Source: Aureliella sp. (GTDB lineage: Bacteria > Planctomycetota > Planctomycetia > Pirellulales > Pirellulaceae). From it: a stretch of DNA of 64,000 nucleotides. The position numbers and the translations under genes were made by a program. The stretch is taken from positions 2,752,001 through 2,816,000 of the forward strand of contig OY829846.1 in NCBI GenBank assembly GCA_963691875.1, written 5' to 3'. Below the pieces are notes generated by a model. That model saw only the letters and a program-made list of their open reading frames with translations. It did no database searches and was not told where the DNA came from. Positions 50,008-60,191 of this stretch are shown in pieces (within the stretch, counting starts at the first letter, position 1; the number at the start of each line of letters is the position of its first letter).

Positions 50008-51447
50008 CTAGGTTGTCTCTGGGCTGCCCAAAATCCATAGGTCTTCGATCAGGCTACAACGCCTCTCACGGGTAAAGGTCATCGGTGTAGTGACTCCTTC
50101 GCCAGTCGGGCCAGCAATGGAGAAGGATAGATAACCCTCGCCGCCCAAACCGAGGGCACTCATGCAGGGTCCATTCTTGACGAACAAAGTGGTGTCCAAG
50201 GCTCGTGCCATCTTGGTCATGTTTCGCACATCGCGCGAGTGGATGATGCTCGTGTGACGGAAGCCATGCTCGTAGTACTTGGCGAGCTCGATTGCTTCGT
50301 CCACATTGCTGCAGCGAACGAAGGGTACGAAAGGCATCATTTGCTCGACGTGCACAAAGGGATGATCCTTCGAAGTTTCACCATATACTAAGTCCGTCCC
50401 TGGATCGATGGTGACACCTGCGGCTGCAGCCAGCTTGGCTGCATCCTGACCGAGAAGGTCTTTGGTTGGAGCCAAGTGCTTGTCCTCGCCGACTTCTTGG
50501 AAAGCAGCAGCGGTCAATCGATCGATCTGAGTACCATTAAGTGGCACGGCTCCAGCTCGCTCCATTGCAGCCATCATCGCGTCAAACACCGACTCAACAA
50601 CGAAGACCTCCTTTTCGGCGATGCACAACAAGTTGTTATCGTACGAAGCACCTTGGATGATGCAGCGAGCCGCACGATCTAGGTCAGCCGTTTCATCGAC
50701 AACTACCGGCGGATTTCCAGGCCCAGCCACGATGGCTCGCTTGCCGCTGTTCAAAGCAGCACGTCCAACGGCGGGTCCCCCGGTGACGCAGATCAAGCTG
50801 ACATCACGATGACCGAATATCGTGCTGGCGGTTTCCAGTGTAGGTTCGCGAATAACACAGACCAAGTTATCAATGCCGATCTCACGCGAGATCGCTTCGT
50901 TGAACCGGCGAACGCCTTCCGCCGCAACTTTACGACCACTTGGGTGAGGATTGACGACAACGGTGTTGCCTGCCGCAATCATGCTGACCGCGTTGCCAGT
51001 GATCGTTGGCAAGGAGTGCGTGACAGGTGTAATAGCTCCGATGACGCCAAAGGGGGCGTGTTCGATAACGGCTAAGCCCTTGTCACCGCTGTAGGCCTGA
51101 GTCGACATGAACTCCGTGCCAGGTGACAAACGTCCGAGCGTTTCAAGCTTCTCGATCTTGTGCTGAAGTCGACCGATCTTGGTCTCATTCATCTCCATCG
51201 TACCGAGCTCAACAGCACCTTCGATTGAGATGCGGCGAATGATCTCAATCGCTTTCTTACGATCTTCCATCGGCCGCATTCTCAACTTCTCGAAAGCTTC
51301 GCGAGCCGCGGCGACTGCTTGGTTGGCATCGTCAAACACACCATACCGACCAGAGTCACTGCTGGAAGATTGTGGAGCCGCACCGCCGCGAACCTCTTGG
51401 ATGACTTGAGTCACGACGCTGCGAATAATGTCTTCGTTGATTTGCAT
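50008..51447 (-). CDS. pvmJ: CoA-acylating aldehyde dehydrogenase (EutE/PduP family) with encapsulation peptide
   Basis: N-terminal EDIIRSVVTQVIQEV; PFGVIGAITP, VTGGPAV, AGPGNPP, DNNLLC, PTGEG. Confidence 0.93.
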   Translation of the reverse strand: MQINEDIIRSVVTQVIQEVRGGAAPQSSSSDSGRYGVFDDANQAVAAAREAFEKLRMRPMEDRKKAIEIIRRISIEGAVELGTMEMNETKIGRLQHKIEKLETLGRLSPGTEFMSTQAYSGDKGLAVIEHAPFGVIGAITPVTHSLPTITGNAVSMIAAGNTVVVNPHPSGRKVAAEGVRRFNEAISREIGIDNLVCVIREPTLETASTIFGHRDVSLICVTGGPAVGRAALNSGKRAIVAGPGNPPVVVDETADLDRAARCIIQGASYDNNLLCIAEKEVFVVESVFDAMMAAMERAGAVPLNGTQIDRLTAAAFQEVGEDKHLAPTKDLLGQDAAKLAAAAGVTIDPGTDLVYGETSKDHPFVHVEQMMPFVPFVRCSNVDEAIELAKYYEHGFRHTSIIHSRDVRNMTKMARALDTTLFVKNGPCMSALGLGGEGYLSFSIAGPTGEGVTTPMTFTRERRCSLIEDLWILGSPETT

Positions 51448-51543
51448 TTAGGAATTCCTAGTCAGACTAGTGAGGCCGCCATTGCCCATTTGTTTCCGGG
51501 CCTTCGCAAAGTTGTTGCAGCAGGCAATTCAATCTTGTTCGAA

Positions 51544-51861
51544 CTATTCTTCTTCGCTGCGCGAGTAAACTTGGAGCTTCTCGATGTTCACGGAGTCGAC
51601 GATGCCGATAATCGCGCAATCAATCGGCAGCTTCTGCGTCTCGGGCGTGAAACGTGCACTACTACCCTGAGAGATCAGAACATAGTCGTTGACTCCTGCA
51701 CCGAGCATGTCCACGGCGATGAAAGTCCGACCGGTGCTCACCAGCTTGTCTCTTTCGCTCTGATCTAGTCGAAATGGCTCGACCACCAGTAACTTGTGAC
51801 CGCGCATGGTCTCTACCTTTTCGGTCGAAACGACAGATCCGGTTACTTTTGCGACAAACAT
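51544..51861 (-). CDS. BMC pentamer (EutN/CcmL family)
   Basis: AKVTGSVVSTEK..KLLVVEP, AVDMLGAG, QGSSAR, PIDCAIIGIVD. Confidence 0.94.
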   Translation of the reverse strand: MFVAKVTGSVVSTEKVETMRGHKLLVVEPFRLDQSERDKLVSTGRTFIAVDMLGAGVNDYVLISQGSSARFTPETQKLPIDCAIIGIVDSVNIEKLQVYSRSEEE

Positions 51862-51889
51862 GACTTGGTCCAATCAGTTGGGTAAAAGA

Positions 51890-53101
51890 TTACTTCTCTT
51901 GCAGAGCGGAAACGGTTTGACGAGCCACGATAAGTTCTTCGTTGGTTGGCAAAATCCAAATCTGAACTCGGCTTCCAGCCGCATCCAAACGCACTTCGCT
52001 ACTACGTGCGGGTTTGTTTTTGGCAGCGTCCAATTCGATTCCAAGATCAGACAAGCCTTCACAGACATCCGAACGAACCCTCCAACCGTTTTCACCAATG
52101 CCACCGGTGAACACCAAGGCATCGCAACCACCGAGTGCCGTCAGCATTCCGCCGAGCTGACGACGAATCTCCGCGATGTAAACATCGAGAGCCAACTGTG
52201 CATCCGAGTTACCAGCTTCTGCCGCTTCCTCCAAATCGCGAATGTCGCCACTGATGCCGCCAGAGAGGCCCAGCAAACCACCTTCGGATGCCAGTGAAGC
52301 TAGCAGTCCCGTCAGGTCCTTCCCGGTGTGCTCCATCAACATAGGCAGGCAAAATGGATCCAAGTCGCCGATGCGATTATTCTGCGGCAAGCCCGTTTGA
52401 GGACTCATCCCCATCGTGGTTGCCACGCTCTTTCCAGAGTGAATCGCACAGAGACTGCTCGATCCGCCCAAGTGGCATGAGATGACTCGTGCATCTTCTC
52501 GCTCTAGCACCTCTGCCGAACGCGTCGCAATGTAGCGATGACTTGCACCATGAAACCCCCATTTACGAATCGGTAACGCATCGTTCCACGCTTTGGGCAA
52601 AGCATAGTGCTTGCGAGCGTCCGGGATCGTCGCGTGAAAGTCCGTTTCGAAGGCTGCGATGAGTGGGATTCCTGGAACAGTCTCCGCCAACTGCCGCATT
52701 GCTGCCAGATAAGGAGGATTGTGAGCCGGAGCGACGGAGCTAACCTCAGCCATCGATCCCAGCACACTCTCGTCAATCCGAAAGACTCCTTGCAGACGCC
52801 CTCCGTGAACGGCCTTAAAGCCAATCGCAGCCACTTCACTGGCGTCGCTCATGCAACCGTGCTCAGGATCGGTTAACTGACCAATACAAGCTTGGACAGC
52901 CACACCGTGATGCGGAACTTCCATCTCCAACTTGCCCTCGTAGTCTCCGATCGAGACTGTGCAAGGACTGCTGGCGGAACCAATCCGCTCCACACCGCCT
53001 CGAGCCAATTGTTCTGCCTGGCCGCCAGAGGATTCCGGCGACATGTCGAACAAGCGGTACTTGAAGCTGGTAGAACCCAGATTCGCGACAAGAACTTTCA
53101 T
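51890..53101 (-). CDS. ackA: Acetate/propionate kinase (PVM)
   Basis: VLVANLGSTSFKY, VHGG, APAHN, GFHGASH, CHLGG, VFTGGIGEN, PTNEE. Confidence 0.93.
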   Translation of the reverse strand: MKVLVANLGSTSFKYRLFDMSPESSGGQAEQLARGGVERIGSASSPCTVSIGDYEGKLEMEVPHHGVAVQACIGQLTDPEHGCMSDASEVAAIGFKAVHGGRLQGVFRIDESVLGSMAEVSSVAPAHNPPYLAAMRQLAETVPGIPLIAAFETDFHATIPDARKHYALPKAWNDALPIRKWGFHGASHRYIATRSAEVLEREDARVISCHLGGSSSLCAIHSGKSVATTMGMSPQTGLPQNNRIGDLDPFCLPMLMEHTGKDLTGLLASLASEGGLLGLSGGISGDIRDLEEAAEAGNSDAQLALDVYIAEIRRQLGGMLTALGGCDALVFTGGIGENGWRVRSDVCEGLSDLGIELDAAKNKPARSSEVRLDAAGSRVQIWILPTNEELIVARQTVSALQEK

Positions 53102-53178
53102 TCCGTTTCTCGTACTCCGATGAGTTTCCTTGCTTGAGGCTTCAGACGCCTCCACCGTCCGCACTGCGGCAGTGGAGC

Positions 53179-53448
53179 TTACGCGAAAAAAGCGTCGCCA
53201 AGGCCTTCTGCAGGACGTGGAATCACGTGGCTTCCGACCAGCTCGCCGACTTGCGAAGCGGCAGCAGCACCAGCTTCAACCGCAGCGCGAACGCTACCGA
53301 CATCGCCGGAAACAACAGTGGTGACCAAGCCACCGCCGATGTCAACGCGTTTAACGATTTCTACGCTTGCAGCCTTTACCATCGCATCGGTAGCTTCTAC
53401 CAATGACAGCAGGCCCTTCGTTTCAATTAGACCAATTGCAGTTTGCAT
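53179..53448 (-). CDS. BMC hexamer shell protein
   Basis: [37 protein letters not shown]. Confidence 0.96.
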   Translation of the reverse strand: MQTAIGLIETKGLLSLVEATDAMVKAASVEIVKRVDIGGGLVTTVVSGDVGSVRAAVEAGAAAASQVGELVGSHVIPRPAEGLGDAFFA

Positions 53449-53500
53449 TTTTCAAAAACCTGTTTGTTGTTATGGATTGTTTGATCGATCCGATAGGTGA

Positions 53501-53779
53501 CTAAACCTTCAGTACCTTCGGTAAGTCGCCGTGTGGTCGCGCGATGACTTGTACGCTGACGACTTCGCCGACGCGTCCAGCCGCCGCAGCGCCAGCATCG
53601 GTAGCAGCTTTGACTGCTGCGACGTCACCGGTAACAAATGCTGAAACCAAGCCGCTTCCGACTTTGTCCCAACCCAGGAACTGCACATTGGCAGCTTTCA
53701 TCATGGCATCTGTCGCCTCCACCAAGGAAATCAACCCCTTGGTTTCGATCATGCCTAAGGCCTCAGAAATGTTTGCCAT
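53501..53779 (-). CDS. BMC hexamer shell protein
   Basis: [46 protein letters not shown]. Confidence 0.96.
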   Translation of the reverse strand: MANISEALGMIETKGLISLVEATDAMMKAANVQFLGWDKVGSGLVSAFVTGDVAAVKAATDAGAAAAGRVGEVVSVQVIARPHGDLPKVLKV

Positions 53780-53913
53780 CTTCGGTTTTCTCCTCGCTTT
53801 TGGCATTGGAAATCTCGGCTCCGAAAAGCCGCGTTAAAGTTAGTTTGGGTCTGCTCGTAAGAGCTGACGTTGAGTTGTTGTTTGTTCGCTACTAGCGGTC
53901 GTCACTCGCTCAA

Positions 53914-53984
53914 TCACAACCCGAAGCATGAGCTAGGAACCTTATTGGTATTGCCCTTAGCCTCGCTTACGCTTCGGGTTGTGA
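53914..53984. repeat. REP-like inverted pair (family A)
   Basis: TCACAACCCGAAGCATGAGCTAGG ... CCTCGCTTACGCTTCGGGTTGTGA, 21 of 24 positions complementary. Confidence 0.8.
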
Positions 53985-54026
53985 AAAATGTGCTTCTCGC
54001 GACTCGGCGAAATGTGGGGCCAGCAT

Positions 54027-54731
54027 CTAATGCTCGTGGCAGTCACAGTCCTTTTGCGGGACCAACTGCACTTCGCTGGCAGCGTCCAAGTTGCAAGCGT
54101 TGCCTTCATCGGTATCAATGTGTACTTCTAGCTTCGCAGCCTTGTCGGCGCGAACCAACAAGTCATCGAACGCCACGGTGCACTGGTGACTAGTGATTTT
54201 CAGTGTCATGAAATCACCATTCTTCACCCCGTAGTAGTCCGCCTCATCGAAGCTCATATGAACGTGTCGCGCCGCGCGAATCACGCCTTGGTTGAGTTCG
54301 ACTGTTCCAGCAGGGCCGACCAGAACACAGCCAGGCGTTCCTTCGATGTCGCCTGAGTGGCGAACTGGAATGTCAAGTCCGAGAGAAATCGCATCTGTCA
54401 GCGCGAGTTCGACTTGGCTATGAGGTCGTGTTGGTCCAAGCACCCGAACTTCAGGCAACATGCGGCGCCGCGGGCCAACGATCATGACCGTCTCTTCGGC
54501 TGCGTAGAAACCGTCTTGATAGAGTGGCTTGCCTGGGGTCAAAGTCCGTCCTGGTCCGAAGAGTCGCTCGACGTGCTCGTCGGTCAAATGCACGTGCCGA
54601 GCCGAAATACTGACTCGCAGATCGGGCTTCGCTGGCTGCAAGGCTGGCGTACCAGAAGCCGCGCCAACGCGTTGGATGACCTGCCGCACGAGTGCTTCGA
54701 CTTGACTCCGATCTACTGCTGTCGCTGACAT
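54027..54731 (-). CDS. pduL: Phosphate acyltransferase PduL with encapsulation peptide
   Basis: [35 protein letters not shown]-terminal [13 protein letters not shown]. Confidence 0.94.
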   Translation of the reverse strand: MSATAVDRSQVEALVRQVIQRVGAASGTPALQPAKPDLRVSISARHVHLTDEHVERLFGPGRTLTPGKPLYQDGFYAAEETVMIVGPRRRMLPEVRVLGPTRPHSQVELALTDAISLGLDIPVRHSGDIEGTPGCVLVGPAGTVELNQGVIRAARHVHMSFDEADYYGVKNGDFMTLKITSHQCTVAFDDLLVRADKAAKLEVHIDTDEGNACNLDAASEVQLVPQKDCDCHEH

Positions 54732-54792
54732 GAAGTGGACCTATTGTTAATTTTCAAAAGTTGAATTCTGTTCGTTTTAATTCTGAAGCGAC

Positions 54793-55629
54793 CTACTCAG
54801 CAGCTTCGTGTTCGGTAGCACTTCCCTTGCTCTCTCGTTGCGAGCTCTCCGATTCGCTTGCCTCCGGAGCAAGCACCAGCTCAACGCCAGCCTTTTGCAG
54901 CTCGTCTTTCGACTTGTCCGGCAGTTCAGCGTCGCTGACCACCGTTTGCACTTCGTCGAGTTTGCAGAGTCGGGCAAGCGAGCTCTTTCCAAACTTCGAG
55001 CTATCAGCGACAAGTACCGTTTGATCAGCACATCGCATCATGGCTCTTTCGGTCTCAACCAACAGCAAGTTGCTGTTGTAGTAGCCCCGGTGATCTGCGG
55101 CCGCGATACTCAAGATCGCTTTTTGCACATTCAGTGAACTCAACATCTCATTGGCGTAAGGTCCCAGGGCAACACTGGTGCGAGTGTGCACCCAACCGCC
55201 CAGCACCACCAAGTCGACTTGCTCGCTGGAGGCAAAAAGGTTGGCCACCGGTAGCGAGTTGGTCACAATCTGCAGCGGTCGCCCGACCAAGTGCCGAGCC
55301 AACTCGTAAGCCGTGCTTCCGCCGTCGAGCAGCAAGGTGTCGTGATCTTCGATCAAATTGCTAGCCGCCAGAGCCACCTCTCGCTTGCGATCCCACTGAC
55401 CTTCCCGTCTATCCTCAAACTGCCTGATTGAGGAAGCCTTGCCAGTGAAGAAGACTCCGCCATGCGTACGCCGCGCCTCGCCCTCCGACTCTAGGAAGTC
55501 CAAGTCGCGTCGGATCGTCGATTCGCTCACATCAAGAGCTGCTCGCAGATCAGGAATCGCGACGAACCCCTGGTCACGAATCAGCTCGCGAAGCTTTGCT
55601 CGTCGTTGCTCTGTGACGCCCGTGCTCAA
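54793..55629 (-). CDS. pvmR: DeoR/GlpR-family regulator of PVM operon
   Basis: VSESTIRRDL..RTHGG, LDGGST, VTNSL, ADSSKFG. Confidence 0.92.
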   Translation of the reverse strand: MSTGVTEQRRAKLRELIRDQGFVAIPDLRAALDVSESTIRRDLDFLESEGEARRTHGGVFFTGKASSIRQFEDRREGQWDRKREVALAASNLIEDHDTLLLDGGSTAYELARHLVGRPLQIVTNSLPVANLFASSEQVDLVVLGGWVHTRTSVALGPYANEMLSSLNVQKAILSIAAADHRGYYNSNLLLVETERAMMRCADQTVLVADSSKFGKSSLARLCKLDEVQTVVSDAELPDKSKDELQKAGVELVLAPEASESESSQRESKGSATEHEAAE

Positions 55630-55701
55630 AATCAGTCACCAAACTGGCTAAAATTACCGTTTCCCACCAAGAGAATGCTAATTTCCAGCCAAAGGCTACC
55701 A

Positions 55702-55748
55702 CTAACTTAGTTAGAATCAATCATATACAGCAGCCTATTCGCCGTAAA
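55702..55748 (-). promoter_or_regulatory. Putative sigma70 promoter with adjacent operator palindrome
   Basis: Minus strand TTTACG-N17-TATGAT (55748-55720) then perfect CTAACT-N-AGTTAG palindrome (55702-55714). Confidence 0.55.
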
Positions 55749-56087
55749 TAATGCAAATTCACAGTTTCTTGACGTAAAACCCATCACGAGTGACGGATTT
55801 CTTTCTTTTCCTTGACTGTTTTTGCTCAAGTAGCCGTCTTGGTCTGTAGTTCCGCGTTTACGCAGAAGTCAATTTGGTTCATAGAAATCCGCAAAAGTCG
55901 AAACCAAGTCTCAACGAAAACCGACTTCGCCCGAGACACATCGAATCCGTAGCAGCATTGCACTCATTGAAGCCAACCTAACGCCAACTATTCGTTCAGA
56001 GCCCGGCAGAAGGCGCCGGTCGCTCGATGAAGCTTTGATGACAACTAGCGTTCAGGGTTGAGATGCTCCTTTTAAGAAGACGCGTCT

Positions 56088-56471
56088 TCAAAGGGAGCGC
56101 AAGGCGGGGCGGTACAAGAACTTTTCTTTTAAGACGTCAATTACCTTTCTTCCTCGCTCTCTTCCATGCTGAAACAGTTCGCTAGTCATCGATATGTTAT
56201 AAAGCGTCCAGCTTGGGTCGCTCAACTCAAATTCGATTGGCTAGTAGCGATCTTCGAGCACGAACTTCAACGGAAGTTGAGTTCTTTATACCTGGTAGAT
56301 ACTCATGACTTCCGCTCCGTGTTGGCTCCAGAACAGCGTCCCTGCATCGGCTTCGGGCGGTGAAAGGGAGTAGTTGGATTGCCCTGCTCCGAGTGATAGC
56401 ATCCATATGTCCTGGATGTTGAGCGGCGCGTCCTCCAAGCGGCGGCATGCCCCGTGGAAATTGGCGAACAC
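56088..56471 (-). pseudogene. CapV-like patatin phospholipase, C-terminal fragment
   Basis: DIWMLSLGAG..SLSPPEADAGTLFW..AEVMSIYQV*RTQLPLKFVLEDRY*PIEFELSDPSWTL..ELFQHG. Confidence 0.75.
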
Positions 56472-56480
56472 GGAAATTCC

Positions 56481-57293
56481 TTAGGGTGCCGAGGGTCTAG
56501 GTCGTGACCGTGTCGCCGGCCCGCGGCTTTTCGGTTTTCCGTTTCTTCTTTTGCCCCGGTACCAGAGCCAATAGCCCGAAAGAACAGAAATCACCCCCAT
56601 AACGGACATGATTCGCAGCAGCCAAGAATTGAAGTTGTCGCGGCCTTGGAAGTCCATCGTATGCAGCATCCAGAAAAAATCAAACAACCGCCAACGGTTG
56701 TTGCGGCGGGTAACCACCGTCCCGCGATCAGCCGACACGTAAATGACAGTTCCTGATGAATGGTCCAGTTCGATTTTCCAGGCGGGCAGTTCCCTTTTTC
56801 GGTATTCCGAATGTGAGCCCTGGGGTTCCTCGAGCAGAACGGTTTTTTTTACTTTTGCAGGTTCGGCGAAATCCTCGAGGGCAACCTTCTCGGCGACTTC
56901 CCGGGGAATGGGAGACAGCCTTTCACCTGTTGCCGCGTTGCAGAGCACGTGGTAGCTGCCTTCAGAATTTCGAACGCCGATCTGGTAAACCGGCCAATCC
57001 AGCATATGTCCAACCACAACGGACTCCACCGTATCTCCCACGGGGACCAGCTTCGGATCGTTGAGAATTGGATTGAGCGGGAGAAGATCCTGTTTCGAGA
57101 GATCGGGCAGTTTTCGTTCGGCAACCCGATTTTCCCCGCGGACCTTGTCAATTGGATTCCAGCTGAAAATCAACCCGCTGACAGTCCACAGCAGTAGCTG
57201 TATCCCGATCACCAGGGAAAACATTTTGTGAAACCTGCGGGAAGTAATCTTTTTCATCAGTCTCTCAAAAACTAGGAATCTTGAAAGAAGCAC
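56481..57293 (-). CDS. PepSY-domain membrane protein
   Basis: RRFHK..LVIGIQLLLWTVSGL, SEYR.RELPAW, WRLFDFFWMLHTMD, C-terminal TM; start may be 57257. Confidence 0.87.
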   Translation of the reverse strand: MLLSRFLVFERLMKKITSRRFHKMFSLVIGIQLLLWTVSGLIFSWNPIDKVRGENRVAERKLPDLSKQDLLPLNPILNDPKLVPVGDTVESVVVGHMLDWPVYQIGVRNSEGSYHVLCNAATGERLSPIPREVAEKVALEDFAEPAKVKKTVLLEEPQGSHSEYRKRELPAWKIELDHSSGTVIYVSADRGTVVTRRNNRWRLFDFFWMLHTMDFQGRDNFNSWLLRIMSVMGVISVLSGYWLWYRGKRRNGKPKSRGPATRSRPRPSAP

Positions 57294-57398
57294 AATGTCT
57301 TTTAAAACAGGGGTACTCCTGGAAAGTCAGGACTTGCAACCCCCTTTTTATAAAGGGAAAGGGGTGGGGGTGGTTTCCAGGTCTGTTTTTTTAACGGG

Positions 57399-57573
57399 TC
57401 AGTCCACGAACATCGGCTCAGCATCGGGCTGGTTCACCGAACGATCAAATCGTTTATCCGGCAAACCTGAATTCCATTTGAATTCCATGTAACCGCAGTA
57501 AACAACAGGAGGGGCAAAGAGCGTAATTAGTTCGATCAGCATTCTGCCGAACACCTTGCGCGTCAGGGATCTC
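57399..57573 (-). pseudogene. 3' remnant of a CusA/CzcA-like RND efflux gene
   Basis: VFGRMLIELITLFAPPVVYCGYMEFK resembles the last RND TM helix (GG..TLF..P..Y), then a tail and stop. Confidence 0.6.
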
Positions 57574-58209
57574 AACTCGATCCGCTTCCGAGAGCGCGGT
57601 GAAACCAGGATCCCACAGCCCGCCATCCGCGTAGACTTTTCCATCAGGCATAGTTTTGTATAGCAAATAAGTTGAGGCTGCTACCGACGCAACGATCACC
57701 TCGACCAGTCGCCAACCTTGCGTTGCGCTCGTGCGAGGAAGATGGCGTGCCTGGTGTAAGCGCATCTTTCCATCGGTAAGATTCACCGTTGGAACCAACA
57801 ATCGGCCCAATCTCAGGTCCGCGAGTGTTGCTTCTCCAACCCCTTGCTCCAAGGCGACATTCAGACTGAACGGGCGATAGCGACACTGAAAGAAATGCTC
57901 CCAATTGGTTGACCGCTTGGCGAGCAAGTTCTTGCCAATTGCATAGATCGGCCGATAGAGTTGCTTCGGTGAGTAGGGTTTACGCGTTTTAAATATTTGA
58001 GCCGAATAATCGTTATAGAATTTTTCGATCTGACGTGCGCTCTAACCAAAGCAGAGCGAACAAGCTGTAATAGCCCCTGTCGACGTCCCAGCAATCAAGT
58101 CAAAGCAGCCTCTTGGTGGTGCATTTAATTATTCTTGCATCTCACCAACATACCAATGGCAAATGCCCCACGCAGCCAACCGCCGGCTAGAGAGCAGGAT
58201 TCTAAACAT
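57574..58209 (-). pseudogene. CapV-like patatin phospholipase, N-terminal fragment
   Basis: GGAG RBS + MFRIL/SLAGGWLRGAF (frameshift), FDLIAGTSTGAI (GxSxG at 58089-58075), TAG at 58044, ASVAASTY, YADGGLW. Confidence 0.85.
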
Positions 58210-58739
58210 GATGGACTCCATACGACCGCACGAAAAACAGTGAATTCGTCAGTAAGAACTCGTTCAGAAAAGATCGTTCAAGTAACGATCAACGCACGCT
58301 ACGGCAAGTAAACTATCGCCCACCGCTAATCCACACCTCCTCGTGGTGCCTTAGCGAACATCACCGCTGGCCATCACTCCCGACCGCGTCGTCTCAAGAT
58401 CACAGGGCAAACGCTCCAGAGGTCAGGACGGTCGCTCCTCTGGTTCAGCAAGAATGCTTGAACACCGTCCTTTGAAAGTCTCCCCTTCTCGGTCTCCCGG
58501 GTAAAACCGGTTGTCGCTACGACCGTAGGCTCCGGCATACTCCTCGGAGAAGAGAATCTGACTATTGTTTTCTACAACAGCAAGTCCAATGTATTGTGTG
58601 GCAAACGGACAAGTGAGCATCCTATTCGGGATGAGCCACTTCGCCTCCAATAGAAGTGGCAAAAGCAAACACACGACAGCTGCGGTTCTGGATCTTTGAG
58701 AAGTAAGAAGCAAGAGCTTTTTCTCGGGTGAGAGCGAGC

Positions 58740-60188
58740 TCAACTAAGCAGCTCGCTGACAATTCTCGCCTTGCTATTCGTAATTAAGCTTTGATCGGTT
58801 CCGTTGCGTTTGAATGTTAAGCGGTCAGGGGCGAGGCCGAACAAGTGCAGCAAGGTGGCGTGGTAGTCGAAGTGATTGACCACATCCTTCACGGCGCGAT
58901 GACCAAACTCGTCCGTTTCGCCGTGAGTGTAGCCCGCTTTGAAGCCGCCACCTGCGACCCACATGGTAAATCCGTAGGTATTATGATCACGGCCAACCTT
59001 CTTGCGATCAGTCGTGCCCCCGGCGCGATTTTGGATCACTGGCAAGCGTCCCATTTCGCCGCCCCAATGTACAATCGTCGAGTCCAACAGGCCGCGTTGT
59101 TTTAGATCCTTAACGAGAGCGGCGGCTGGTTGATCGACGTACTTGCACGCCGCCGGGAGATTCGTAGCAATATTGTTGTGGTGATCCCAAGTCTGATTGC
59201 CTGTGTACAGATTGACGAAGCGTACGCCGCGTTCGATCAATCTACGTGCTAGCAAACATCGTGTACCGAATTCCTTGGTCTGCGGTTTCTCAATACCATA
59301 CATCCTTAAAGTTGATTCGCTCTCGTCGCTCAAATCCAGCACATCTTTGGCTTCGGACTGCATCCTCGCCGCAAGCTCGAAACTCTGAATTCGCGCGTCC
59401 AGCTCATGCTCGCCTGGCCGAGCTGCTAAGTGGCTTCGGTTTAGCTTTTGGACAAAGCTGAGATACCTTTCCTGGGCCTTGCCGCGCAAAGACATAGGAG
59501 CATCGAGATTGAGTATCCGCGGCTCCTTCGGCCGAACGACGGTTCCCTGGTAAGGGGACGGAAGCCAGCCATTGGTAAAATTACCAACACCGAGCACCGG
59601 CAATCCTCGCGGGTCAGTCAGAGCGACGAATGCGGGCAGATTCTGGTTCTCGCTTCCCAAGCCGTAGGTCAGCCAGCTGCCAAGTGAAGGGCGTCCGTTC
59701 AAAATGCTGCCATTGTTGAGCGCGTTAATGGACTGGCCGTGGTTATTAACACCAGTATGCATCGAACGAATCATCGTAATCTCGTCAGCAATCGATGCCA
59801 TGTGCGGTACCAACTCGCTGAAGTCCATGCCAGACTGCCCGTACTTGCCAAACTTCCACTGAGCCTTCATCACTTCTTTTGTGGCGCCCGCCGCGTCATC
59901 GTATTTGACTTCCCCGGGGAAGTCCTTGCCATCCAATCCGTCGAGCGCAGGCTTAGGATCAAAAAGATCGATCTGACTCGGACCGCCCTGCATTACCATC
60001 GAGATCATCGCCCTAGCACGCGGCGGATGATGAGGCAATTTTGGTTTTGTCGTGTAGCCAGTCGCATCTGACCTCTGATCGAGTTTGGTCGGATCTGCAA
60101 ATGCTTTCTGTTCACGCATCAAAGTGGCAAGCGCGATAAGTCCCGCACCGTAACTACCTTCAATGAAGTGCCGTCTTGAATGACTCAT
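58740..60188 (-). CDS. DUF1501 family protein
   Basis: SRRHF Tat-like leader, GGPSQIDLFDPKP, LARRLIERGVRFV, WDHH, GEMGRLP, GRDHN. Confidence 0.93.
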   Translation of the reverse strand: MSHSRRHFIEGSYGAGLIALATLMREQKAFADPTKLDQRSDATGYTTKPKLPHHPPRARAMISMVMQGGPSQIDLFDPKPALDGLDGKDFPGEVKYDDAAGATKEVMKAQWKFGKYGQSGMDFSELVPHMASIADEITMIRSMHTGVNNHGQSINALNNGSILNGRPSLGSWLTYGLGSENQNLPAFVALTDPRGLPVLGVGNFTNGWLPSPYQGTVVRPKEPRILNLDAPMSLRGKAQERYLSFVQKLNRSHLAARPGEHELDARIQSFELAARMQSEAKDVLDLSDESESTLRMYGIEKPQTKEFGTRCLLARRLIERGVRFVNLYTGNQTWDHHNNIATNLPAACKYVDQPAAALVKDLKQRGLLDSTIVHWGGEMGRLPVIQNRAGGTTDRKKVGRDHNTYGFTMWVAGGGFKAGYTHGETDEFGHRAVKDVVNHFDYHATLLHLFGLAPDRLTFKRNGTDQSLITNSKARIVSELLS

Positions 60189-60191
60189 GAT

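Noticed and set aside
56472..57573. IS or transposon
   Set aside because: No transposase, convincing inverted repeats or clear target duplication
58423..58743. 106-aa ORF overlapping the DUF1501 stop
   Set aside because: No recognisable family; may be spurious or a fragment
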